40,466 nt of DNA from Candidatus Limnocylindrales bacterium. GTDB lineage: Bacteria; Chloroflexota; Limnocylindria; Limnocylindrales; CSP1-4. The stretch covers positions 1-40,466 of the forward strand of contig JAUSJS010000027.1 in assembly GCA_030647575.1 (NCBI GenBank), given 5' to 3'. Below the pieces are notes generated by a model. That model searched no databases. It saw only the letters and a list, made by a program, of their open reading frames with translations, and had not been told where the DNA came from. Position 1 is the first letter of the stretch; the number at the start of each line of letters is the position of its first letter. Positions 33,594 through 40,466 of the stretch are shown piece after piece. Both the position numbers and the translations under genes were made by a program.

Positions 33594-34177
33594 CCCCCGG
33601 CTCGCGCCGTCGCGAGTCGCTCCCGGAGCGGCGCGAACGACGGGCGGCGGTCGACGACCCTGCGGTCGTCCTCGACGCGGCCGCGCGGTTCCTGGAAGCG
33701 CGCTCGCGGTCCGTGGCGGAGGTCCGTCGCCGGCTGACCGGCGCGGGCTACCGGACGGACCTCGTCGAGGGCGCGATCGAGCGGATGCTCGAGCTGGGGA
33801 TGCTCGATGACGAGGCCTTCGCCCGTGCCTGGGTCGAGTCTCGTGATCGGGCACGGCCGCGGGGCGAGCGGGCCATCCGCTCGGAGCTGGGGCTCAAGGG
33901 CGTCGACCGAGGCGTGATCGACGCGGTCCTGGCGGATCGGCGGGCCGGCGCTGCGGAGCCAGCCGAAGGCGGCGAATCTGGCCCCAGCCCCGATGCCCTG
34001 GCGGCGGAGCGGCTCCTGGCTCGCAATGCCCACGCGCTCGAACGCGTCCCGGACCCCCGTCTACGCCGCCAGCGAGCGTACGCGTTACTTGCCCGCCACG
34101 GGTTCGACCCTGACACCTGCTCACAGGCTGTCCAGGCCCTGTTTCGGACCGAGGACGCGGCGAACTTTCCCGACTAG
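33590..34177 (+). CDS. recX: Recombination regulator RecX
   Basis: The ATG overlaps the recA TGA (ATGA). [24 protein letters not shown]....[27 protein letters not shown] is a typical RecX repeat helix pattern. Confidence 0.85.
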   Translation: MTPGSRRRESLPERRERRAAVDDPAVVLDAAARFLEARSRSVAEVRRRLTGAGYRTDLVEGAIERMLELGMLDDEAFARAWVESRDRARPRGERAIRSELGLKGVDRGVIDAVLADRRAGAAEPAEGGESGPSPDALAAERLLARNAHALERVPDPRLRRQRAYALLARHGFDPDTCSQAVQALFRTEDAANFPD

Positions 34178-34807
34178 CGCTTCAAGTGCTACTACCAGGC
34201 GCACGTCCCAAACGTTCGAGCGTGCTCGCGCAGCAAACGCTGCGTCAGGTGCAGTCCTGGCGATCCACCACGAGGCGTTTGTCACCGAAGCGCGCCTCAG
34301 GCTGACATCGACGCGCTCCGTCGTCGCCCGGACCGGTCTTGCGGGCGAGTTCGTCCGTGTTTCCGGCATATGCCCACCAGGCGGGCGTTGGTCAGAGGAA
34401 CACCGGCAGATGCATCGCAAGGCGGGCATCTGTCACAGATCCACCCTCGGCGACCCGGACTTCACGTGTGCCTATGGACCGTGCCGACCTCCCGGAGCCA
34501 ACGGTTGCTGCCGTGTGCCCGCCTGAGCGGCATTTGGCAGGGACGCGTTCGGTGCCGCCGGATGACCCAACGACCGTTCCGATCCGCTTCCCGAACGCGT
34601 CGGTTGCCGTCCGGGACGCGCGGCCGTAGGCTACGCGGCAGACGCATCACTCGCCGTTCGTCGGCGCCCATGACCGCACCGGCTCGATCGCGGCCCAAAG
34701 GAGAGGCCCGACTCGCAAGCGGCGAAACGCCCTCCGCCGCGCGATCCCGCCGTCCACCGCAGCAGGACCTCCGGCCGACCCGCTCGGACGGATGGGAGGA
34801 ATAAAAG

Positions 34808-36337
34808 ATGGACACACTGCTCGTCGTGGCGGTGGCCCTCGGGGCCGCCGTCGGCGGAGCCATACTCGGCGCACTCGTGCGCAGCTTCTGGGCATCCCAG
34901 ACGATCAAGGCGGCGACGGCCGAGGCCCGGCGGATCGAGGCCGAGGCGCGGGCTCGCCAGAAGGAGCTGATCCTCGAGGCCAAGGACGAGAAGCTCCGCC
35001 TCCAGCGCGAGGCCGAGGAGGAAGCCCGAGCCCGCCGCGGCGAGCTGTCCGCCCTCGAGAGCCGCCTCCTCCAGCGCGACGAGCAGCTCGATCAGCGCAC
35101 CGACATGCTCGAACAGCGCGACCGCAAGCTGCTCGAGCGCGAACGAGAGCTCGACAAGACGCGCGAGGAGCTGGCGAAAGCCCACGGCGAACAGGTCACC
35201 GCGCTCGAGCGAGTCTCGGGAATGTCCGCCGAGGACGCCCGCGGGATCCTGATCGAGGCTGTTCGCGAGGAGGCCGAGCACGATGCCGTCAAGCTCGCCC
35301 GGGCGATCGAGCGGAGCGCCCGCGAAGAGGCGCAGGACAAGGCCCGCGACATCGTGATCACCGCGATGCAGCGGGTCGCCGCTGAGCACACCGCGGAGCA
35401 CACCGTCTCGGTCGTCCACCTGCCGTCGGATGAGATGAAGGGCCGGATCATCGGCCGCGAGGGACGCAACATCCGCGCCCTCGAACAGGCGACCGGGATC
35501 GACCTGATCATCGACGACACCCCGGAGACGGTCATCCTCTCCGGCTTCGATCCCGTGCGGCGCGAGATCGCCCGCATCGCCATCACGAAGCTGATTGCCG
35601 ACGGCCGAATCCACCCAGGGCGGATCGAGGAGGTCGTCGCCAAGGCCCGCGCCGAGGTCGACGTGGTCATGCGCCAGGCCGGCGAGCAGGCCGCCTACGA
35701 TGCCGGCGTCCCGGGGCTTCCCGCGGACATCATCAACACCCTCGGCCGGCTCAAGTTCCGCACCAGCTACGGCCAGAACGTGCTCAACCACGTCGTCGAG
35801 ACCAGCCACCTGGCAGCGATCATCGCGGCGGAAATCGGTGCCGACGTGCAGGTCGCCAAGATGGGCGGGCTGCTCCACGACATCGGCAAGGCGGTCGACC
35901 ACGAGGTGGAAGGGCCCCACGCCGCGATCGGTGCGTCGATCGCCCTGCGTCACAACCTGTCGCCCAAGGTCATCAACGCGATCGCGGCACACCACCAGGA
36001 GGTCGAGTACACCTGCCTGGAAGCGCCGATCGTGCAGATCGCCGACGCCATCAGCGCCTCGCGACCTGGCGCCCGCGGCGAGGCGATGGACACCTATGTC
36101 AAGCGACTCGAGGATCTCCAGGCGATCGCCGAGAGCTTCGGCGGCGTCGAGCGCTCGTTCGCGGTCCAGGCGGGTCGTGAGGTCCGCATCCTGGTTCGCC
36201 CCGAGGAGATCGACGATCTGACCGCCAGCCGGCTGGCCCGCGACATCGTCAAGAAGATCGAGGAGCAGCTGACCTACCCGGGCCAGATCAAGGTGACGGT
36301 GATCCGCGAGACGCGGGCCGTGGAGTACGCGAAGTAG
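34808..36337 (+). CDS. rny: Ribonuclease Y
   Basis: A GGGAGG SD is present. The protein has an N-terminal TM helix, a coiled coil, a KH domain ([30 protein letters not shown]) and an HD domain ([11 protein letters not shown]...LLHDIGKA). Confidence 0.96.
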   Translation: MDTLLVVAVALGAAVGGAILGALVRSFWASQTIKAATAEARRIEAEARARQKELILEAKDEKLRLQREAEEEARARRGELSALESRLLQRDEQLDQRTDMLEQRDRKLLERERELDKTREELAKAHGEQVTALERVSGMSAEDARGILIEAVREEAEHDAVKLARAIERSAREEAQDKARDIVITAMQRVAAEHTAEHTVSVVHLPSDEMKGRIIGREGRNIRALEQATGIDLIIDDTPETVILSGFDPVRREIARIAITKLIADGRIHPGRIEEVVAKARAEVDVVMRQAGEQAAYDAGVPGLPADIINTLGRLKFRTSYGQNVLNHVVETSHLAAIIAAEIGADVQVAKMGGLLHDIGKAVDHEVEGPHAAIGASIALRHNLSPKVINAIAAHHQEVEYTCLEAPIVQIADAISASRPGARGEAMDTYVKRLEDLQAIAESFGGVERSFAVQAGREVRILVRPEEIDDLTASRLARDIVKKIEEQLTYPGQIKVTVIRETRAVEYAK

Positions 36338-36351
36338 CGGGGCCAGGCGAC

Positions 36352-37218
36352 GTGGCGTCCGGGCCGATCGGTCGGACGCGCCTCGGCAACACGCCCAACG
36401 GCAATGCGCCCCGGCCGCCGGGTGCCTGTCGCGTCCTGATGATCGGGGACCTGATCGGGAAGCCGGGCCGTAGCGCGGTCGAGTCGATCCTGGCGGAGCT
36501 CCGTGACGAGCGCGGGATCGACTTCGTCACGGCCAACGGCGAGAACGTCGCGGGCGGGATGGGCCTGACGCCCTCGACCGCGGACACGATCCTGGCCGCC
36601 GGGGTCGACGTGATCACGTCCGGCAACCACATCTGGGACAAGCGCGAGATCTATCAGTACCTGGAGACGAGCGAGCGCATCCTGCGGCCGCTCAACTACG
36701 GGACGCACGAGGTGCCGGGACGAGGGTGGGGGACCTACCAGGCGCTCGACGGGACCGACATCGCGGTGATCAACCTGCAGGGCCGGACCTACATGCAGCC
36801 GATCGAGAATCCATTCACCGACGCGGACCGCCTCCTCGACGAATCAGCGGAGCCGTTGCCGCCGGTCCGCCTGGTCGACTTCCACTGCGAGCTGACCTCC
36901 GAGAAGAACGCCCTCGGGGTCTATCTCGACGGCAGGGTCAGCGTGGTCGCCGGGACGCACACCCACGTCGTCACGGGTGACGAGCGGATCCTCCCCAACG
37001 GCACCGCCTACCAGACCGACCTGGGCATGACCGGCCCCATCTGGAGCGTCATCGGGTTCGATCCGAAAACGGTCATCCCGCGCTTCCTCAATGCCCTGCC
37101 GACGCGCTTCGAGGTCGGGAGCGGGACGGTCGTGTTCAACGCGCTGCAGATCGATATCGACCCCGCCACGGGACGCTCGCTCGCCATCGAGCGGATCCAG
37201 CGACTCATCGAGACCTGA
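36352..37218 (+). CDS. ymdB: YmdB-like (TIGR00282) metallophosphoesterase / 2',3'-cyclic-nucleotide 2'-phosphodiesterase
   Basis: RVLMIGDLIGKPGR, DFVTANGENVAGGMG, VITSGNHIWDK, DFHCE.TSEK and GTHTHV are present, and the gene follows rny as in Bacillus. The start is uncertain: GTG 36352 gives a 29-aa N-terminal extension, and ATG 36439 is the alternative. Confidence 0.85.
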   Translation: MASGPIGRTRLGNTPNGNAPRPPGACRVLMIGDLIGKPGRSAVESILAELRDERGIDFVTANGENVAGGMGLTPSTADTILAAGVDVITSGNHIWDKREIYQYLETSERILRPLNYGTHEVPGRGWGTYQALDGTDIAVINLQGRTYMQPIENPFTDADRLLDESAEPLPPVRLVDFHCELTSEKNALGVYLDGRVSVVAGTHTHVVTGDERILPNGTAYQTDLGMTGPIWSVIGFDPKTVIPRFLNALPTRFEVGSGTVVFNALQIDIDPATGRSLAIERIQRLIET

Positions 37219-37219
37219 A

Positions 37220-38170
37220 GTGACGGCGCGGCCGGGGCCGGCGCCGCGCGCTCGCCGGCGGCGCCACGATCCAACGCCGGTTGCCAATCCGGTGATCCCG
37301 CCCGCCCCGTCGCCGATCGACCTGCACACGCATTCCCGCCGCTCCGATGGCGTCCTGGAACCGACCGACCTGGTCCGCGCCGCGGCCGAGCGTGGCGTCA
37401 CGACCTTCGCCCTGACCGATCACGACACCTTGGCCGGCTACCGGGAGGTCGTGGCCGCGGGAGCCGTCCCGGTGGGGGTCACGCTCGTCCCCGGCGTCGA
37501 GATCAACGCCCTGGTCACGCGTGATCTCGGGCTGTGGGAGGGCGAGCTCCACATCCTGGGCTTCGGGTTGGATCCCGACGACGAGGCCTTCGAGGCGGCG
37601 CTCGCGATCCAGCGCGAGCAGCGGCGCGTCCGCTTCGAGCGCACGGTGGACCGCCTGCGGGAGCTGGGACTGGGCATCGACGCCCAGATCGAAATGCTGG
37701 CGCGCGACGGCAACGACGCGCTCGGCCGGCCGACGATCGCTCGCGCGCTGATCGCCGCAGGCCACGCCACGAGCGTCGAGGACGCTTTCCGCCGCCTGCT
37801 CGGCCATGGCTGTCCGGCGTACGTTCCACGTCTCGGGTTGGGGCCGGTCGAGGCGATCGCGGCTATCCGGGCGGCAGGCGGCCTGCCGGCGCTCGCACAT
37901 TTCAGCGAGGCACCGGCGCGCCTCGACGTCGTCCGCGAGCTGGTCGCGGCCGGTCTGGGCGGTCTCGAGGTCTACTACCGCTCGTTCGATGTCGTCACGG
38001 TCGAGGCGGTCGCGGAGGTGGCGACAACCCTGGGCCTGACGCCGACCGGCGGCTCCGACTATCACGGCGACACCGGGACCTACGCGGAGGCGCACGCGGG
38101 CCTGTGGGTCCCGCCCGAGGTCGGCAGCCGGCTCCTCGGACAGATCGCGCCCGGCTTCGGCGTACCATGA
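37220..38170 (+). CDS. PHP-domain metal-dependent phosphoesterase (TrpH/YciV-like)
   Basis: IDLHTHSRRSDGVLEPTDLV..A...G...FALTDHDT..G, GVEI, GELHILGF, ...ALAHF... and GGSDYHG are present. The listed ORF start 37091 overlaps ymdB. GTG 37220 lies 1 nt after the ymdB stop, and GTG 37292 is the alternative. Confidence 0.8.
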   Translation: MTARPGPAPRARRRRHDPTPVANPVIPPAPSPIDLHTHSRRSDGVLEPTDLVRAAAERGVTTFALTDHDTLAGYREVVAAGAVPVGVTLVPGVEINALVTRDLGLWEGELHILGFGLDPDDEAFEAALAIQREQRRVRFERTVDRLRELGLGIDAQIEMLARDGNDALGRPTIARALIAAGHATSVEDAFRRLLGHGCPAYVPRLGLGPVEAIAAIRAAGGLPALAHFSEAPARLDVVRELVAAGLGGLEVYYRSFDVVTVEAVAEVATTLGLTPTGGSDYHGDTGTYAEAHAGLWVPPEVGSRLLGQIAPGFGVP

Positions 38171-38177
38171 CCCGACC

Positions 38178-39806
38178 GTGATCCAGACCCGCACCCCCGG
38201 CCGAGAGCTCCCGATGCTCGACCTGATCGCAACGGGGCCTGCCGTCGCGTCTCGCGTGCCGGCCGGACCCGCCGACGAGCGACTGACCGAGTACCTGCCC
38301 GAGACGCGGGCGTTGCCCCGCTTCCATGTCTGGACCCTGGGTTGCCAGATGAACCGGAGCGACTCCGAGGAGATGGCCGGGCGCCTGCTGGCAGCGGGCT
38401 GCGAGGAGGCACCGAGCCTCGACGTGGCCGAGCTGATCGTCATCAACACCTGCGCCATCCGCGAGGGGGCGGAACAGAAGGTGATCGGCCGGCAGGGACA
38501 GCTCGCCCGGCTCAAGGCCGCGAATCCCGGCCTTCGGATCGTCTTGACCGGGTGCTCCGTCCGCGAGCCCGACCGTGCCGGCCTGCGCCGGCGGTATCCG
38601 GCGGTCGATCTGTTCCTTCGTCCCGATGAGGAGCCTGAGCTGGTCGATCGGCTCGGCCTGGCGTCCGCCCACGCACCGATCGGCGCCGTCGGGGCCACGA
38701 CGACCGTCGGGCGGACAGTGGTGGGCGCCGCGGACCGCCTGGCCGGGACGCGCGCCCAGGCCGTGGGATCGGGCACCGTCGCCCGCGGATCGGCGATCTC
38801 TGCCTGGCTGCCGATCATCTACGGCTGTGACAAGACGTGCACCTACTGCATCGTGCCGTTCAGCCGCGGCCCGGAACGGAGCCGGCCGTTCGACGACATC
38901 CTCGACGAGGCGCGCACCCTCGCCGCCGCCGGCTACCGCGAGGTCACCCTGCTCGGCCAGAACGTCAACTCGTACGGCCATGACCTGGCACCCGAGCCGC
39001 GCTTTGCCCACGTCGCGGGCGCCCGCTGGGCCGGCCGCCAGCTCGATCTCGCCGGTCGCCCGGACCTCGCCGAGCTGATCCGCGCGATCGAAGACCTGCG
39101 AACGAGCGACGGCCGCCCGGCCATCGGGCGCCTGCGCTTCGTCACCTCGCACCCGTGGGACCTGTCCGACCGGCTGATCTCCGCCCTCGCCGACTGCGAG
39201 TCGGTCTGCGAGCACCTCCACCTGCCGGTCCAGTCCGGTTCCGATCCAGTCCTGCGCCGGATGGGCCGCCAGTACACGATCGGGCACTACCTGGAGCGTC
39301 TCGCCCGGATCCGCGAGGCGGTCCCAGGGATCGCGATCTCGACCGACATCATCGTGGGCTTCTGCGGCGAGACGGAAGCCCAGTTCGAGGAGTCGCTCGC
39401 CCTGCTCGAAACCGTCCGCTACGACCAGGTCTTCGCGGCCGCCTACTCGCCACGTCCGGGCACGCCGGCCACACGCCTCGCGGACGACGTGCCGGCGGCC
39501 GACAAGCGGCGCCGGCTCAACACCCTCCTCGCGATCCAGGAGCGGATCGGCCTGGAACGCAACCAGGCGTGGCTCGGCCGAGAGGTCGAGGTGCTCGTCG
39601 ACGCCGTCAACGCGCCGCGACCCCATGGCCACGAGGACGGCGCGCTCGACCCGGCCTCCGCCGGCGCGAGCCGGCTCTCCGGCCGGACCCGCAGCAACAA
39701 GCTCGTCCATCTCACCGGCGATCCATCGCTGGTCGGTCAGGCGGTGACCGTCCAGATCGCGCACGCCGGCCCGTATGCGTTGCGAGGCGCGCTCGTCGGC
39801 GCGTGA
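38178..39806 (+). CDS. miaB: tRNA-2-methylthio-N6-dimethylallyladenosine synthase (radical SAM methylthiotransferase MiaB)
   Basis: The UPF0004 domain is FHVWTLGCQMNRSDSE...VINTCAIRE. The radical SAM motif is GCDKTCTYCIVP. A C-terminal TRAM domain (GREVEVLVD...) is present. Start is GTG 38178 or ATG 38214. Confidence 0.92.
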   Translation: MIQTRTPGRELPMLDLIATGPAVASRVPAGPADERLTEYLPETRALPRFHVWTLGCQMNRSDSEEMAGRLLAAGCEEAPSLDVAELIVINTCAIREGAEQKVIGRQGQLARLKAANPGLRIVLTGCSVREPDRAGLRRRYPAVDLFLRPDEEPELVDRLGLASAHAPIGAVGATTTVGRTVVGAADRLAGTRAQAVGSGTVARGSAISAWLPIIYGCDKTCTYCIVPFSRGPERSRPFDDILDEARTLAAAGYREVTLLGQNVNSYGHDLAPEPRFAHVAGARWAGRQLDLAGRPDLAELIRAIEDLRTSDGRPAIGRLRFVTSHPWDLSDRLISALADCESVCEHLHLPVQSGSDPVLRRMGRQYTIGHYLERLARIREAVPGIAISTDIIVGFCGETEAQFEESLALLETVRYDQVFAAAYSPRPGTPATRLADDVPAADKRRRLNTLLAIQERIGLERNQAWLGREVEVLVDAVNAPRPHGHEDGALDPASAGASRLSGRTRSNKLVHLTGDPSLVGQAVTVQIAHAGPYALRGALVGA

Positions 39807-39813
39807 TTCGTTC

Positions 39814-40466
39814 GTGAGTGGCGCCCACGCGGGCGCGCCGCCGCTGATCGTCGTCGCGGGAGCCACCGCAACCGGCAAGACCGAGCTGGCGATCCGCCTC
39901 GCCGAGGCGATCGAACGCGACGGAGGCCCGGTAGCGATCATCTCGGCCGACTCGCGCCAGGTCTATCGAGGCCTCGACATCGGCACGGCCAAGGCGAGCG
40001 CCTCCGACCGCGCCCGCGTCCCGCACCACGGCCTGGACCTGGTTGACCCGGACGAGCCATTCAGCGTGGCCGACTTCGCCGAGCACGCCCGTGGCGTCCT
40101 GGCCGAACTCGCTGCCACGGCCGGCGTGGCCATCCTCGCCGGCGGAACCGGCCTCTACCTGCGCGCCGTCGGTCGCGGACTGGACACCGCGGCGCTTCCC
40201 AGCGACTCGGAGGTACGCGCCCGACTCGAGGCCGAGCTCATCGCCGGCGGCCTCGAACCCCTCGCCGAGCGCCTGCAGGCCGTCGCACCGACGCTGGCCG
40301 CCCGGGTCGAGCTGCGCAACCCCCGCCGGGTCGTCCGGGCGCTCGAGATGGCGGAGGTCGGCGGGGACGTGCTCCCGCCGCAGCCTCGGGGCTACCCGGG
40401 CCGGATCGTCTGGCTCGGCCTGGCCGTGGAACCGGGGCCCCACGCCGCCCGGATCGCGATCCGGGC
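39814..40466 (+). CDS. miaA: tRNA dimethylallyltransferase MiaA (3' end beyond the window)
   Basis: The gene is absent from the ORF track and has no stop within the window. GTG 39814 gives (V)SGAHAGAPPLIVVAGATATGKTELAIRLAE...IISADSRQVYRGLDIGTAK...VPHHGLDLVDP...ILAGGTGLYLRAV, the canonical MiaA P-loop and motifs. Confidence 0.9.
   Translation, partial: MSGAHAGAPPLIVVAGATATGKTELAIRLAEAIERDGGPVAIISADSRQVYRGLDIGTAKASASDRARVPHHGLDLVDPDEPFSVADFAEHARGVLAELAATAGVAILAGGTGLYLRAVGRGLDTAALPSDSEVRARLEAELIAGGLEPLAERLQAVAPTLAARVELRNPRRVVRALEMAEVGGDVLPPQPRGYPGRIVWLGLAVEPGPHAARIAIR

Noticed and set aside
34370-34804. 144-aa ORF (and overlapping ORFs 34339-34629 and 33993-34526) in the recX-rny gap as possible genes.
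   Set aside because: The products are extremely Arg-rich (RRLPSGTRGRRLRGRRITRR...) with no SD and no recognisable motif. The region is treated as non-coding and reported as a finding instead.
37220-38170. The PHP-domain protein as the missing histidinol-phosphate phosphatase (HisJ/HisK type) of the his pathway.
   Set aside because: The sequence pattern (IDLHTHSRRSDG...ALTDHDT.AG...GGSDYHG) and the size of about 316 aa look more like TrpH/YciV (COG0613) than HisK-type PHP phosphatases. The gene is also 17 kb from the his operon in an RNA-metabolism context. This is not excluded without a profile search.
37995-39941. 648-aa minus-strand ORF opposite miaB, and 454-aa minus-strand ORF 34631-35995 opposite rny.
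   Set aside because: Both are shadow ORFs of clearly identified genes (the radical-SAM MiaB and the KH/HD RNase Y). Their composition is typical of antisense frames.

Overview
The window is GC-rich (about 70% by eye) and consists almost entirely of bacterial core housekeeping genes, tightly packed and often joined by 4-nt start/stop overlaps (ATGA/GTGA).

Gene order, left to right:
- The 3' part of an IS110-family transposase.
- infC-rpmI-rplT-pheS-pheT, then a cvpA-like gene, mpg and mutS2.
- A class A PBP (minus strand) and tyrS.
- A minus-strand his operon: a yerC/TrpR-like gene followed by hisG-D-C-B-H-F-IE. hisA is split off and transcribed divergently.
- An orphan EF-G paralog (minus strand).
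- yebC-ruvC-ruvA.
- A 4.1-kb minus-strand block that interrupts the ruv genes. It carries a large LuxR/LAL-type STAND regulator, a 77-aa ORF and an Rrf2 regulator.
- ruvB-tgt, an unlisted 54-aa ORF, recA-recX, a 630-nt non-coding gap, then rny-ymdB, a PHP phosphoesterase, miaB and miaA (cut by the window end).

The pheST-cvpA/yshB...mutS2 and recA...rny-ymdB synteny, together with RNase Y and MutS2, suggests a Terrabacteria lineage (Chloroflexota-like or deep Actinomycetota). This is a guess.

I found no CRISPR array, tRNA/rRNA gene, defence island, secretion system or biosynthetic cluster, and no clear-cut novel multi-gene system.

The most interesting signals are regulatory:
1. An 8-bp-phased TAGC/CTAG repeat array fills the divergent hisA / yerC-his control region and is a candidate operator for the TrpR-like first cistron.
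2. Four genes show a recurrent leaderless-mRNA signature.
3. Two long convergent or internal non-coding regions (13642-13915 and 34178-34807) show pairing potential.
4. The ruvA/ruvB split is caused by a regulator cassette whose leader has alternative hairpins.
5. An SD-preceded 54-codon ORF upstream of recA is not listed in the supplied ORF track.
6. infC has an ATC start and a repeat-containing tail of about 115 aa.

Many ORF-track starts had to be corrected, and the long antisense ORFs are GC artefacts.
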